Shown: positions 31,101 through 44,098 of the stretch, piece by piece
Layout: each line of letters starts with the position of its first letter
How positions within the stretch are numbered: the stretch's first letter is position 1
Source of the DNA: Deltaproteobacteria bacterium
Lineage (GTDB): Bacteria > Myxococcota_A > Polyangia > Polyangiales > Houyiibacteriaceae
Length of the DNA: 64,000 nucleotides
Reading direction: 5' to 3'
NCBI GenBank assembly: GCA_034670305.1
Contig: JAXMNT010000028.1
Span: 36,106-100,105 of the forward strand
Notes under the pieces: generated by a model
The model's database searches: none
What the model saw: only the letters and a program-made list of their open reading frames with translations
What the model was told of the DNA's origin: nothing
Translations under genes and position numbers: made by a program

Positions 31101-32351
31101 CATCGGCACGGCGGAGACGCGGTGGTCGGGCAGGTCGACCTGGCCCGGACCGCGGTGTCCAACCACCCGCGGTGTCACCCCGCCGCCCGACCCCACCCGC
31201 ACCGCGTAGATGCAGAAGCTCACCGCCGCCGCCCGCGCGATGCCCGCCCGGTCCGTGGTGTCCCTGGTGAAGTGCTCGTGTTCGCCGAGCGCGGCCCAGG
31301 CCTGGCAGGTCTCGGCGGATGCCGGCCGCTGGACAACAGCGGGCGTCGGCGCGCGCTGGGACGTGAGGAGTGGATGTTCGAAACGCGGCATCCACCAACG
31401 CTTCCACCAGAACCGATCGTAGCGGCCAAGCGTCGCATCCCGTTCGATCCACCCATCGAGCGTTGGCTGCGCCACCAGCTCGAGCGGACAGGCGTCGAGG
31501 GAGACCGGCTGTCCCTCAAGGGTCTCCAGCCGGGTCAATCGAAGTCCCCCTCCGCGCGCCGGAAACCAGAGTCCCGATCCGTCGCGGGTCAGTCGGGAGA
31601 CCTCGCCGGGCGTCGAACCGCCCGCTTCGACGTGGGCCTCTCGAACCACGAAGACACCGTCCGTCGTAGCGAGTTTCGCCAGCGCCACCGGATTGGGGGT
31701 GGGCCCGAACTCGAGCGATCGGATCAACCGTTCGAGGGTGGCGGCCGACTGACGGGGGTCGAGGAATCCACCGCCCAGCGGTCGGTGTCTTGCACCGAAG
31801 TAACTCCGCTTGCCCACCTGCGGTCTGGTGGCCACTTGCCCGTCACGCAGTCGATCCAACAACTCGTCGAAGAGTTCGAGCCCCGCTTCGAAACACTTCG
31901 CGTTGAGAGAGACCGCGGTTTCCTGAGCCTCCACGGAGATGGCCCGCTGGAGCAGGATGCGTCCGGCATCGATGTCCGGGACGACCTCATGGAACGTGAC
32001 CCCGTGTTCGGATTCTCCGGCGGCGACCGCCCAGGTGGTCGCGTGCAGCCCGGCGTACGCGGGCAACATCGAGTCGTGGTAGTTGACCGCCAACCCCGAC
32101 ACACACGCGAGCATCTCGGGGGTGAGTACGAGTGGGTTGTTCAGACTGAAGAGGTAGTCGACCGAGTGCTCCGTCAGGAACTCAGCGAGCGCCTCTCGGG
32201 TCCGAAAGTGAGGAACTCCGACGCTTGTCGCGAACGCCTCGAGCGATCCATCCGGAGAGGCGGCGGCCGCGGGCGTGCAGCCACAGGAGGCCATCTCCGC
32301 ACATTGCTGTGCGAACGAACCTTCCCCCACCACCAAGAACTCCCGCTCCAT
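28164..32351 (-). CDS. Single-module NRPS-like enzyme: formyltransferase - degenerate linker - A - T - TE
   Basis: [12 protein letters not shown] and DIDAG (formyltransferase); [24 protein letters not shown] (A); FFESGGHSL (T); AVSLGG (TE). Confidence 0.9.
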   Translation of the reverse strand: MEREFLVVGEGSFAQQCAEMASCGCTPAAAASPDGSLEAFATSVGVPHFRTREALAEFLTEHSVDYLFSLNNPLVLTPEMLACVSGLAVNYHDSMLPAYAGLHATTWAVAAGESEHGVTFHEVVPDIDAGRILLQRAISVEAQETAVSLNAKCFEAGLELFDELLDRLRDGQVATRPQVGKRSYFGARHRPLGGGFLDPRQSAATLERLIRSLEFGPTPNPVALAKLATTDGVFVVREAHVEAGGSTPGEVSRLTRDGSGLWFPARGGGLRLTRLETLEGQPVSLDACPLELVAQPTLDGWIERDATLGRYDRFWWKRWWMPRFEHPLLTSQRAPTPAVVQRPASAETCQAWAALGEHEHFTRDTTDRAGIARAAAVSFCIYAVRVGSGGGVTPRVVGHRGPGQVDLPDHRVSAVPMRLPALESTLGQITDHVRAEFDRCRSRGAPMRDLARRWRGGPGALDSFGVRIDQSTGGEPAPLVLDLSGPKPMWRSDGTFDDASLLQIDANVGHLAGELAAGALPASAAMSETASVLRGPRVVGVRTTVATRFEQAARQRGSDPALLVADGCTTYASLLEQSQAVAAGLAAKGVGPGSRVGIMCRSPAPFVVALLGSMRCGAAYIPIDPELPDARTEAILEVARPARVIVDEPRTAPAADTVLEDLASLLELGRRNTVPKGPDLDDAAYVIFTSGSTGRPKGVEVTHRNLAAQLDARLYGYGDCAPHIGTFHSLAFDSAVAALFWSLTTGGALYVADADTRRDPEAMRTAIARHRCTHVDVPPSAWGELLAAGVHQLDSLEAVIVGGEACSPHLARAQLEALPEVALYNEYGPTEATVYATVHLVDQASVDRGGSVPIGQPIANLEARVVDGLGQPLPQGYPGELWIGGPQVAKGYVGQVALTDERFPRTSEGRFYRTGDLARVDADGQLRLSGRIDRQVQVRGHRVELGEVRNALVALPEIQAAAVQARPRGGTTQLVAHVVMASAATFDARRIRADLRRSLPTYMIPSAIGRVSHIPRTAAGKADLGALPPLRAPSRPGAPPRTPLEASVLGLMREELDNPTFGVDDDFFESGGHSLMAMRLARRLADDHPAAGIRVVSVYQCPTAARLAVRLSAPHAVDTEHAHFVVPIQPGEPERVPVYAVHVLGEGAAFFRPLARRLGSTRPVIGLASPVRPDASHQLTGIEELARRYCRELLARQPSGPYCLTAVSLGGVVAWEMAQQLRRMGRSVELLALFDTFGPRPPPQALRHRVATHLRGIQAAPVEYIGSRIRQRLGHLAELIRDTRVRVSERLGRSLSPEMKLQLAMRRNLEASLEYRIEPLDGPVVIYRATEECYYDESYAGDGLGWAGYASEVEVVDVPDTHIGIVSEPAVGVLAEDLAIRLAALDALGMRRAPA

Positions 32352-32461
32352 TCCCGAACATCCCCCCGGCACACCTTTTACCAGAGTGGTGGGGGTTTAG
32401 AAGGAATCCTTGGACCCCTGGATGAGGACTGAGGAGCCATCCTCCGTACCAGACTCCAACG

Positions 32462-32496
32462 AAAACTGCCCTGCCCCCTCAAAGGGGACAGGGCAG
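32462..32496 (-). terminator. Probable intrinsic terminator
   Basis: Minus strand reads CTGCCCTGTCCCCT-TTG-AGGGGGCAGGGCAG then TTTT, just after the stop at 32520. Confidence 0.75.
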
Positions 32497-32519
32497 CTCG
32501 GTCACTCGAGGCTCTCAGG

Positions 32520-33575
32520 TCAGCGGCAGATGGCGTTGATGCAGCTTCGGCCGTCGGCGCAGGTGCGTTCGTCGGCACACTCGGGGTCGACTTCGTTGCT
32601 CGTGTAGCAGAGGTCGTCGGCGGCGCAGACCGTGAGACTCACGTCCGTCATCATACACTCGGTGGCGGTCATGCTCGGGCACGGCGTCCGGCAAGCGCCA
32701 TCGATGCACACGCTGCCTTCGGCGCAGTCGTCGCTGGTGGTGCAGAAGGGGTCGCGGGTCCAGTCCGGATGACAGAAGTCGTCCGCTTCGCAGAGCTCTC
32801 CGCCTTCGCAGGTGCTGGTCGGTCGGCAGTCGGGGAGACAGCGGCCTTCGACGCAGTGTCCGCTGGCGCAGTCGCCGGTCGTCGTACACTCGGTCGTCGG
32901 TCGGCAGAACCCACCGTCGCAGCTGGTGCCCGAGCCGCAGTCCGCTTCGCTGCCACAAATCGGGGTGCAGCCACCGTTGAGACAAGCGCGACCCGGTCCA
33001 CATTCGTAGTTGAACTGGCAAGTGTCGGCGGGTCCGCGACAGAAGCCTTCGACGCAGAGTTCGTCGGTGCCGCAGTCGTTGTGGTCGTCGCAGTAGTTGC
33101 TCGGCGGGGTGCAGGTGCCGCGGTAGTCGCAGACGAACCCTTCGTCGGTGCAGTCCTCGTCGCGGCTGCAGGTGCCGCTGTCGGTGCAGACGTCGCCTTC
33201 GCCGCAGTACTCGCCGACCGGACAGTCGCCATGGGTGCGACAGGCGTCGGGGAGGTCAGGGACGCACATACCGGCCGCGGAACAGGTCTCACCCGTGTCG
33301 CAGTCGCTCGGGCGGGTGCACTCGGGCTCCTCGCCGATGCAACGGCCCAGCGAGCAGGTCTCGCCGGAAGGACAGTCGCGGTCGGCGACACATTCCGGCG
33401 GCACCTCGCAGAAACCGTCGTCGCCGCAGACCGTGCCGGCGCTGCAGTCGAAGTCGTCGAAGCATGCGCAGCCGAGGCCAACGCACGTCATCGGGCCGTC
33501 ATCGTCCCCCCAGACTGGACAGCCGGAGAGAATGACGGTGAGGGGGAGAGTGAGTAGTAGTGCGCGAATCCGCAT
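32520..33575 (-). CDS. Cys-rich lipoprotein with repeated C-x4-D-C-x5-C-x4-C units
   Basis: MRIRALLLTLPLTVILSGC lipobox; RBS AGGAG. Confidence 0.82.
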   Translation of the reverse strand: MRIRALLLTLPLTVILSGCPVWGDDDGPMTCVGLGCACFDDFDCSAGTVCGDDGFCEVPPECVADRDCPSGETCSLGRCIGEEPECTRPSDCDTGETCSAAGMCVPDLPDACRTHGDCPVGEYCGEGDVCTDSGTCSRDEDCTDEGFVCDYRGTCTPPSNYCDDHNDCGTDELCVEGFCRGPADTCQFNYECGPGRACLNGGCTPICGSEADCGSGTSCDGGFCRPTTECTTTGDCASGHCVEGRCLPDCRPTSTCEGGELCEADDFCHPDWTRDPFCTTSDDCAEGSVCIDGACRTPCPSMTATECMMTDVSLTVCAADDLCYTSNEVDPECADERTCADGRSCINAICR

Positions 33576-33610
33576 CGAGAGGGCTCCTGTGAGTGGACGG
33601 GTGTCACTCT

Positions 33611-33626
33611 TGCGATGATCGTGCCA
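33611..33626 (-). promoter_or_regulatory. Sigma54 (-24/-12) promoter candidate TGGCACGATCATCGCA
   Basis: GG-N10-GC with TGGCACG, 35 bp upstream of the ATG at 33575. Confidence 0.7.
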
Positions 33627-33772
33627 GGGATTGAGCGCTGGCGCCACGAGGCCGAACGACACGATTTCCCCTGGTTTTCTCTTCGAAACACCGATCTCGA
33701 GTTGGTCAGGTAGTCGCGATCGGTCCACGATCGTAAACCTCGGTTCACGGGCCGTTCTGCGCCCGATTCCGC

Positions 33773-34297
33773 TCAGATGGCGTCGTCCTGAAGCTTTGGG
33801 TGGTCCAAGGCGCCCAGTTTGCGCAGCGCTTCGTAGACCACGATCGAGACGGCGTTGGACAGGTTGAGGCTCCGAACCGGTCCCAGCGTGGGGATGGCCC
33901 ACACCCGCTCCGGGTACCGCTCGAGCAGTTCGGCCGAGAGCCCGACGCTCTCTTTGCCGAACACCAACCCGTCGCCTGGACGCACGTCCATCTCGAGATG
34001 GGAGCGGGGCGCATTGGACGTGAACAGGTGCAGACGAGCCTCTGGGTGGGCGTTCTCGAAGGATCCGAGGTCGGGGTGCTGGTGCAGGTCGACCAACGGC
34101 CAATAGTCGAGACCGGCCCGCCGCACCGCTTGTTCGTCGATGCGGAACCCGAGTTTGCCCACCAGGTGCAGGGCGGAGGCGGTCGCCGCCGCGGTCCGGG
34201 CCACTGCCCCGGTGTTCGGGGGGATCTCAGGCTCGACCAGCACGATGCGGAGCGGGCTGGGGAGTGGCGAGGCGCGGAGTTTCGGCGTTCGGGGCAT
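33773..34297 (-). CDS. trmL: tRNA (cytidine/uridine34-2'-O)-methyltransferase, SPOUT family
   Basis: PEIPPNTG, RRAGLDYW, FGKESVGL, RSLNLSNAV. Confidence 0.92.
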   Translation of the reverse strand: MPRTPKLRASPLPSPLRIVLVEPEIPPNTGAVARTAAATASALHLVGKLGFRIDEQAVRRAGLDYWPLVDLHQHPDLGSFENAHPEARLHLFTSNAPRSHLEMDVRPGDGLVFGKESVGLSAELLERYPERVWAIPTLGPVRSLNLSNAVSIVVYEALRKLGALDHPKLQDDAI

Positions 34298-34397
34298 TCG
34301 AGGCGGTTGAAGCGGGGTCGGCGCGGGCCAGTCGGGGTCGGCGCAGGGTGGGCGTTCGAGCTTGACCCCAAGGTGCTCTACTCGCTACACACGATGT

Positions 34398-35435
34398 GTG
34401 CGGCGTACCACGGGAATCGGGCGGGGCCTTTGTCTGGCCACGCTTCTGTCGGTGGCCGGTCTCGTCGTCTCTCCGCCGCCCGCCGCTGCGGATGAGATGG
34501 ACCTCGCGCTCTCTCGACTGCGGCTCGAAGATCCGATGTCGCCGGGGTCGTTCTCCCCGGACCAGGACGCGTACCGCCGCTTGATCGCGCAACTCGGATT
34601 CGCGGTCGCACCCACGGTACTCACGCCGGCCCGCACCAACGGGACGCGCGGGTTCTACGTCGGGTTCGAGACCAGTGTCGTCGGCATCACCGAGAACTCC
34701 GCTTCGGACTTCTGGCGCAACGGCACCGAAGGCGACGACATGTCCGACTACGCGACGGGCAACCGGTTCCTCCAGAACCACTACTACCTCTCGCGCTTGA
34801 TGATCCGCAAAGGGCTCCCGTTCGGGTTCGAGCTCGGCCTCAATGCGGGCCACGCCTACAACACGGATCTCTGGATCTGGGGCGCGGAGATCAAGATCGC
34901 GCTGCTCGAAGGTTTCCGCGAAGGCATTCCGGCGTTCTTGCCGGACATCGCCATTCGCGCTGCGGTGTCGACCGTGACCGGGGACGACGAGTACAGCCTG
35001 ACGGTTCCCTCGTTCGACCTCATCGTGTCCAAGCGGCTCGTGGCAGGCGGCTCGGTGATGATCACCCCCATCGTCGGCGCCCAACTTCAGTGGACGTTGG
35101 CCGATGGGGAGTTCGTGGACCTGACGCCGGAACGCAACGCCTTCGAGGAGTGCGCGCCCGCCCCCGGTTGGCCGGATCCGATGATGCCGCCCGCGTCCTC
35201 CACGTTCAGCTGCACCGGCTCCAACCAGGACTACGGCAACTACGGCTTGTTCGACAAACTGCGCCAGTTCCGAGCCCGCATGATGGTCGGCATGGAGATC
35301 CGCTACCGGATCTTCGCGGTGAACTTCGGCATGCACTGGGATCTTCGGAACCCTGAGGACTTCGACGACGACGTCGCCGGACTCGACCTGCAGCGCCAGT
35401 GGAACTTCTCGTTCGGCTTCGGCCTGCACCACTGA
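34398..35435 (+). CDS. Secreted, probably outer-membrane beta-barrel protein
   Basis: Signal peptide ending AAA-DE; amphipathic strands; C-terminus WNFSFGFGLHH. Confidence 0.65.
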   Translation: MRRTTGIGRGLCLATLLSVAGLVVSPPPAAADEMDLALSRLRLEDPMSPGSFSPDQDAYRRLIAQLGFAVAPTVLTPARTNGTRGFYVGFETSVVGITENSASDFWRNGTEGDDMSDYATGNRFLQNHYYLSRLMIRKGLPFGFELGLNAGHAYNTDLWIWGAEIKIALLEGFREGIPAFLPDIAIRAAVSTVTGDDEYSLTVPSFDLIVSKRLVAGGSVMITPIVGAQLQWTLADGEFVDLTPERNAFEECAPAPGWPDPMMPPASSTFSCTGSNQDYGNYGLFDKLRQFRARMMVGMEIRYRIFAVNFGMHWDLRNPEDFDDDVAGLDLQRQWNFSFGFGLHH

Positions 35436-35455
35436 CGTCCCCATCGCTCGAGCGA

Positions 35456-35522
35456 CCCGTGAGCCGGCGCTGACCAACCTGCGTGGAGCGAGGCGCCCGT
35501 GAGCCGGCGCTGACCAACCTGC
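35456..35522. repeat. 27-bp direct repeat x2 with a 40-bp period (CCCGTGAGCCGGCGCTGACCAACCTGC)
   Basis: Copies at 35456-35482 and 35496-35522, between convergent genes. Confidence 0.85.
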
Positions 35523-35557
35523 CCGGAGAAGCGCCCACCCGCGGGCGCATGCGCTCG

Positions 35558-36751
35558 CTAGCGTTCGCTCAGGACCGACCGCACCGCGTCTTCGAAGCTG
35601 TACTTGGCTTCGAAACCCATGACCTCGCGCGCGCGGGTGTCGTCGACCATGCAGACGTAGCGGATGAAGTCGATCTCCGGCGCCGGGAAGCTGGTGAGCC
35701 GGAGCGTCCACAAGCGCTCGAGCGCGAGCTTGGCCATGAACGCGGGCACGGGACGGGACGTGCGGCCCAGCATCCGAAGCACCTTGTTGAGCGGGAGCTC
35801 GCCCGGCCCGCGCAGGTTGAAGATGCCGCGCACGCCGGGGGTCAGGGCGCGTTCGATCGCACCCACGACGTCCCGCTCGTGAATGACCTGCACCATGGGA
35901 TCGAAGCCCATGATGGTGATCGGGTTCTCGAGCCTCAGGTAGTTGCTCGGCGCGTTGCGCACCCCACCCAGAATGTGGACCGGCCGCAGCACGACCGTCT
36001 CGGTGTCGGGGTGTTTCCAGAAGAAGGACTGCGCGAGCATGTCCATCTCCACCAGGTCGCGCATGTTGCGGAAGGTCTGTGAACCGAGCAGCGGCGCGTC
36101 CTCGGTCAAGAACTGCGGGTTGTCCGGCTGAGGGCCGTACACGTTGGCGCTCGAGAGCACGACGAGTTTGGGCACGTCGTATTCGGCCACGTACTCGAGC
36201 AACTTCTGGAACGCGACGACGTTCCATTTGTGCCGGTCTCGGTCGCTCGCCCGCGGATCGTGCAGCACCCCGAGGTGCACGACCGCACGCGCGCGCACCT
36301 GGCGGAAGACGTCGCGGGTCTTCTTGCGGCGCAGGTCGATCGGATGGTGGACCACATCCTTCGGGCACGACGGGAACTCGCGCCGGTCGATGCCCACCAC
36401 CGAGGATTCACGGTGCAGCACCCGCACGAGGAGTTGCCCCAGCCGGCCGACCACGCCCGTGACGATGATCGGGCCTTCTTCCGGCGAACTGGTCTCGGCG
36501 TCCGGCTCGGACTTGGGCGTGCGCCGCTTCGCCGACGGGGTCCGAGACTTGGGTTGGGTCTTGGATGCGTCGCTGCGGGACGCTGCATCGGCGCGGGAGG
36601 AAGGTCGCTTGCGTTTCTTGGCCGCCGGCTTCGCGCCGGACTTGCCTGACTTCTTCCGCCGCGCTTTGGGAGCTGTGCGCCCGCTCGACGTCGTCGAAGA
36701 GCGCGCCGAAGGTCGGGACCGAGGAGGCGTGGGGTCGTCCCCCTCAGCCAC
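35558..36751 (-). CDS. NAD-dependent epimerase/dehydratase (extended SDR) with a basic disordered N-terminal extension
   Basis: IVTGVVGRLG, VVHLG, SSANVYG, QVIHERD; GTG start overlaps upstream stop. Confidence 0.85.
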   Translation of the reverse strand: MAEGDDPTPPRSRPSARSSTTSSGRTAPKARRKKSGKSGAKPAAKKRKRPSSRADAASRSDASKTQPKSRTPSAKRRTPKSEPDAETSSPEEGPIIVTGVVGRLGQLLVRVLHRESSVVGIDRREFPSCPKDVVHHPIDLRRKKTRDVFRQVRARAVVHLGVLHDPRASDRDRHKWNVVAFQKLLEYVAEYDVPKLVVLSSANVYGPQPDNPQFLTEDAPLLGSQTFRNMRDLVEMDMLAQSFFWKHPDTETVVLRPVHILGGVRNAPSNYLRLENPITIMGFDPMVQVIHERDVVGAIERALTPGVRGIFNLRGPGELPLNKVLRMLGRTSRPVPAFMAKLALERLWTLRLTSFPAPEIDFIRYVCMVDDTRAREVMGFEAKYSFEDAVRSVLSER

Positions 36752-37823
36752 CGTCCCCAGCCTCGGGGTCCGCCAGCGGCTCGGTGGTGCCCTCTTCCGC
36801 GGCATCCGCTCCATCCGCGGCGGGAGCGGCGGCCGCGTCTGCATCGTTGGTGTCCAGCGCCTGCGGGGCCGCACTGCCAGACTCTTCGGTCGCACCCTCG
36901 AGGCCTTCGACCTCGATCTCGGTGTTCGTGATCTCGATCGAGGTCTCGAAGATCTCGCCGCCCGCGATCGTGAAGCGGTTGCGGCCACCGAAGGGCAGGT
37001 CGAGCCGCGGGTCCATGTACTGCCAGTTCATCACGTAGGCGCCCGGGGTCGCCCCTGGTTCCACACCAGTGACGTTCAGGCTGAGCCACGGCGTGTTCTC
37101 GAACGCTTCCGCGTACCACTGGAACACCGCCGCCCGGCCGTCGTGCCGGGACGCGTGATCCTCGGGCGTCCGGTTGAAGGGCTCGACGAGCGACCCCTGG
37201 TCGCTGAAGAGTTCGGTCAGCCGCCGGGCGTCGCGCCGGTTGAAGTGAAGCGCGTAGCGGCGCACCAGCACGTCTTCGGCGCGGGGCTCGTTGGTCCGTG
37301 CGTAGACCATCTTGGCCTCGTAGCCGTTGCACCAGAGAGAACGCTGCACGTAGATCTCCAGGAACTGTCCACGCAGTCGGAGATCACCGGGCCGGTCGGG
37401 TTCGGGCCGGGTCGGACACTCGCCGATCGTCACCCGGGCTTGTTCGTGCATCTGCCACTCGGCGTCGACGCTCGCGCCGGGGGTCGCCTGTTGCGCGATG
37501 GACTCGGTGCAATCGCCGAAGGTGTGGTCGTAGATGAGCACGAAGCTGCGATCGCCCGCGGTCAGTTCCACGGTCCGCTGCATCTGCGAGGCGTCGACGG
37601 GCAACGGTCCCTCGGTGCAGGAACCTTCGACGAACTGCCAACGGGTGTTGACCAGCTCCGGGCCCACCGGCTGGGTCCCCGCCAGATGGGAGACCTGGGA
37701 GCCTCCCGACCCAAGGGCCAGATCGTTGGACTCGTCCGGCGTCGTACGCTCGTCGTCTCCGCCGCACCCGAAGGAAGCGAGAGCCACGAGAAGCGTTGCA
37801 CAAAGGGGCCACAGAGCGCGCAT
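36744..37823 (-). CDS. Lipoprotein with a C-terminal NTF2/SnoaL-like domain
   Basis: Lipobox SFGC; LVRRYALHFNRRDARRLTELFSD...GRAAV. Confidence 0.7.
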   Translation of the reverse strand: MRALWPLCATLLVALASFGCGGDDERTTPDESNDLALGSGGSQVSHLAGTQPVGPELVNTRWQFVEGSCTEGPLPVDASQMQRTVELTAGDRSFVLIYDHTFGDCTESIAQQATPGASVDAEWQMHEQARVTIGECPTRPEPDRPGDLRLRGQFLEIYVQRSLWCNGYEAKMVYARTNEPRAEDVLVRRYALHFNRRDARRLTELFSDQGSLVEPFNRTPEDHASRHDGRAAVFQWYAEAFENTPWLSLNVTGVEPGATPGAYVMNWQYMDPRLDLPFGGRNRFTIAGGEIFETSIEITNTEIEVEGLEGATEESGSAAPQALDTNDADAAAAPAADGADAAEEGTTEPLADPEAGDGG

Positions 37824-37958
37824 GGGCCCAAAGGCAGCGCACCTGGGTGCCCGCGTCAAGGCGTTTCCGCTCTTTGCCCGACCAGCAGCCGCAAAACCTG
37901 GGCAGGCCGACGCGTGTCTGGGCGCTCCGTGGTTGTCAGCTGGCTGCCCCGCGGGTCC

Positions 37959-38537
37959 CTACCGGACGATGACGCGGCCGGGGCCGGTGTAGCCGCGGGG
38001 TTGGGCCGCGGTGACGTTGGTGACCACGTCCCCGTTGAATTGCACAGTGACCTCGCCGGCGTCGCCCCAGAAGACCCAGACCGGACCGTTCAGGTCCGGG
38101 GTGCGGTGGGTGGGCGGGTAGCCAACCGCCAGGAGCACACCGGTGCGGGTCATGCCCGGCATGGGTCGACCTTGTTGCAACCCCGCCTGGTCCGCCTGGG
38201 CGAGCTGGCCGGTGTTGGTGCACTGACCGCCGAAGTAGCGGTTCACGTGCTCCTCGATCGGGATGCGGGAGGCGCGGTGCATGATGTAGCGGTAGCGGCG
38301 GTTGGTGCCGGTCGCGACGAAACGGATCTCACGAGGGCGCACCAGGGTGATGCGCACCGGCGTACACGCCGGGACCACGCTCGTGCCGCGCCACTGGTTC
38401 AGGGACGAGATCGTGCCGCGGGCGTCTGCCCGGAGGTTCGTGAGCAACACGAGGTCTTGGTTGCCTTCGATCACGTACGCGACGCGAGAACAGCTACCAA
38501 GACAGAAGACAACCGCGATCAAAGCCAACCAGCGCAT
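37959..38537 (-). CDS. Lipoprotein with a SmpA/BamE-like C-terminal motif
   Basis: Lipobox LGSC; GMTRTGVLLAVGYP...WVF. Confidence 0.65.
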   Translation of the reverse strand: MRWLALIAVVFCLGSCSRVAYVIEGNQDLVLLTNLRADARGTISSLNQWRGTSVVPACTPVRITLVRPREIRFVATGTNRRYRYIMHRASRIPIEEHVNRYFGGQCTNTGQLAQADQAGLQQGRPMPGMTRTGVLLAVGYPPTHRTPDLNGPVWVFWGDAGEVTVQFNGDVVTNVTAAQPRGYTGPGRVIVR

Positions 38538-38705
38538 GAACTCTCCAGGGGCAAGATGTCCGACCGAGTCGAACGACGCCGCCAGCCTCGCGCGAGCGGC
38601 GCCTGGATGCAAGACGGACGGAGCGACCGGTTTCTTCTACCGGCTTTGGAGACGCGGCGCCTGAGACCCGCGATCCGCAGGCTCCGAGGGACGTTGGGTG
38701 TCTTC

Positions 38706-40061
38706 TCAGGCGTCCGGGCGCTGGGTCAGCAGGGGCTCCGGATCGACCACTTCGCCCCCCGATCGCAGCTGAAAGTGCAGGTGGGGGGCGCCGCCGCCCG
38801 AGTCGCCCACACGCGCGATCCAAGCGCCCCGCAGGACCTCCTGGCCGACCTCGACATGGGTCTCGGCGTTCGAGCCATACAGACTGACCCACCCGTTGGG
38901 GTGCAGGACGGCCACGCTCTTGCCGAGCCCCCGCAACGCCTCGCCCACATACACCACGACGCCATCCGCGACGGCCCGCACCGCGGTGCCGGCCTCCGCC
39001 TGGAGGTTGTAGCCACGACCGCTGCGGGTCATCCGCGCCTCGCCGCGAACCGGCCAGAGCACGTTGCGGAAGTGCCGCCCGGGCACCCCCCGCAGATCGG
39101 CTTCGGTGGCCCCGCGCGTGAGCAAGCGCCGGACGAAGGTTGCCCCGCCGATCGTGCTGTCGTCGTCCGCGTCGTCGGTCGTGTCGCGGCCGGCGGTGCG
39201 GGTCGCGGGCGCACGCCGCGCGTTGCGCCCCGAAGCGCGATCGGGGGGAAGCACAGCACGCGTGTGCACGGTGGGCGCCTCGTAGGTCCCGGCGTCGGTC
39301 TGCGCGCGCCACGCGCGGTACGCGGTGATCCACGGCCGGCCGTCGAACTCCCGGAGCGGGTCGGTGGGGCGTCCGTTCTTGTGCAACTCGAAGTGCAGGT
39401 GGGGCCCGCGGGAGATGCCCGTGTTGCCGACGAAGCCGATCCGCTCCCCCTGCCGCACCCGCCAGCCCGCCTGGACCGTCGTGCGGTAGCAGTGCCCGTA
39501 GGCCGACACCCAGCCGTTGGGGTGCACGATCAGCACGAGGTTGCCGAAGCCGCGCACGCCGTTGTCGCTGTACGCCACGATGCCATCGGCGACCGCGCGG
39601 ATGGTGGAGCCTTCGTCCGCGACGATGTCGACTCCGTCGTGCCGCAGATCGGGCCGCGTGACCCGCACGAAACCGAACCCGCGCCCAAAGCGCCCGAGCT
39701 CGACCGGCCACTGCAAGTGCTCCGGCATCGAACCACCGGCGGCTTCGACCCACCGCGGATCGGGGCGGCCGTGAAAGAGCCGGCTGGCCGCCATCTTCGT
39801 ACCGAGGCCAAGCGCCGCAGCGCGGGTGGCCGAGGCGCCACGAGCGGCGGGGACGCGGCGGGGCCCATCGCTGAACCGGGAGTAGTCGTGGCGGCGGGTC
39901 CGGGTGGGTCGCGCTTCTTCTTCGCGGTCCGGCGTCTCGTCTTCGAGGTCGTCGTGCTCGCGGTCTCCGACATCGTCCGCCGCTGCGGTGTCGACCGCCG
40001 TCGGCGCCATCAGCGCGATGGCGAGCACCGAGGTTCGAAACGCAGGAGCTAGAGAACGCAT
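38706..40061 (-). CDS. Secreted protein with two M23 peptidase domains
   Basis: HDGVDI...SAYGH...GPHLHFE; second domain GYNL...PHLHFQ. Confidence 0.88.
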   Translation of the reverse strand: MRSLAPAFRTSVLAIALMAPTAVDTAAADDVGDREHDDLEDETPDREEEARPTRTRRHDYSRFSDGPRRVPAARGASATRAAALGLGTKMAASRLFHGRPDPRWVEAAGGSMPEHLQWPVELGRFGRGFGFVRVTRPDLRHDGVDIVADEGSTIRAVADGIVAYSDNGVRGFGNLVLIVHPNGWVSAYGHCYRTTVQAGWRVRQGERIGFVGNTGISRGPHLHFELHKNGRPTDPLREFDGRPWITAYRAWRAQTDAGTYEAPTVHTRAVLPPDRASGRNARRAPATRTAGRDTTDDADDDSTIGGATFVRRLLTRGATEADLRGVPGRHFRNVLWPVRGEARMTRSGRGYNLQAEAGTAVRAVADGVVVYVGEALRGLGKSVAVLHPNGWVSLYGSNAETHVEVGQEVLRGAWIARVGDSGGGAPHLHFQLRSGGEVVDPEPLLTQRPDA

Positions 40062-40123
40062 GCTTCGGCATCGTTCGAACGGACCGCTGCGGTCAACTTT
40101 TCGGCGGAGCGGCTGGCTCCTAC

Positions 40124-41059
40124 CTACCCGAACACCGACGGCCGTTCTTTCAACCCGCGGGCGATCAACGCTTCGATGCTCGAGCGCACCGTGGCGACCT
40201 TCGCCTCCACCACGGCGTCGTCGTCGTCTGGATCGCCTTCGAACCGAAGCGGTTCCCCGAAGTAGAGGCGGTAACGCACCGGCAAGGGCGCCAGCATGCC
40301 GAGAAAGAGCTGGGGGATGAGGGGGAAGTTCGGCATGCCGAGCAGCTTGGCGAGCGGCTTCACGTCCGCGACCGAGACGTACTGTTCCTCCGCGCCCACG
40401 ATGCCGACCGGCACGATGGGGGTGTTGGTCTCCAGCGCGAGCCGCATGAACCCGAGACCGAACTCGGTGAGCTGGTAGCGGTGGTCGTAGGTCTTCGCGA
40501 TGCCGCGCGCGCCCTCGGGGAACACCACGAGCGCCTGCTCCTGCTCCAGCAACCGGCGGGCGTTCTCGGGCGAGCCGACCACCTGACCGAGCCGCGGGAA
40601 GATCACGGAGATGAACGGCAGCTCGGCCGTCCACTTCTCCACCATGCTCCGAGGGAAGCGCGGCGGCTCGGCGTCCAACATCAGCGCGGTGCCGAGCATG
40701 ACCCCGTCGAGCGGCACCTGACCCGAGTGGTTCGCGATGAGCAGCACCCTGCCCTCCGGCACCCGCTCGATGTCGTGCACGATGCTGCGGAAGTAGCGCC
40801 GGTGCAGCACGGCTGCGACCGCGAGCGCGTAGCGGCTCGCTTCCGGATCGAATCCGAACGGGTCGTGCCCGACTTCGTTCGCATAGGACGGGATGCGGGC
40901 GAGACGCTCGTCGAGGTCTTCGCCCATCCACTCTTCGACCGCCTCCACGAAGCGATCACCGAGCTTCTCGAGCAACGACGGATCGGGACTGGCGGACGCA
41001 CGTTTGCCGAACCCCGCGAACGGAACCGGCCCAGCCTCCGAGTCGTCGTCCTCCCTCAC
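40124..41059 (-). CDS. Lysophospholipid/glycerol acyltransferase (PlsC superfamily)
   Basis: [20 protein letters not shown]. Confidence 0.9.
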   Translation of the reverse strand: MREDDDSEAGPVPFAGFGKRASASPDPSLLEKLGDRFVEAVEEWMGEDLDERLARIPSYANEVGHDPFGFDPEASRYALAVAAVLHRRYFRSIVHDIERVPEGRVLLIANHSGQVPLDGVMLGTALMLDAEPPRFPRSMVEKWTAELPFISVIFPRLGQVVGSPENARRLLEQEQALVVFPEGARGIAKTYDHRYQLTEFGLGFMRLALETNTPIVPVGIVGAEEQYVSVADVKPLAKLLGMPNFPLIPQLFLGMLAPLPVRYRLYFGEPLRFEGDPDDDDAVVEAKVATVRSSIEALIARGLKERPSVFG

Positions 41060-41140
41060 GCGCCGATCGTGCCGCGAGGTTGCAGGTGTCGCAATCGGAA
41101 TGGTCGGCATCCAGCGGTCGAAGGTTGATCGGGCGCTCGA

Positions 41141-41255
41141 GCCGACGCCGACGCCGAAGCCGACGCCGACGCCGACGCCGACGCCGAAGCCGAAGCCGAA
41201 GCCGAAGCAGGAGCCGATGCCGACGCCGAAGCCGACGCCGAAGCCGACGCCGAAC
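41141..41255. repeat. Hexamer repeat island (CCGACG/CCGAAG)n between divergent genes
   Basis: Directly visible. Confidence 0.9.
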
Positions 41256-41367
41256 TCGGCGCCACGACCCCGATGCTGGGGCTTTCGGCCCCATGTGGAC
41301 GGGCGTGGTTGAGAGATCCGGCCGGGAGGGGTATGCCGTGGCACCTCTTCTCCAATCAGGAAACACG

Positions 41368-44037
<2,670 letters not shown>

Positions 44038-44098
44038 AGGCGTAACCCAATGCATTCGAAAACGAACCCAAACAGCATGCCGTCTCTGGAGAACTGTC

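Noticed and set aside
41339-41354. Sigma54 promoter upstream of fadN (TGGCACCTCTTCTCCA)
   Set aside because: Lacks the -12 GC at the required spacing
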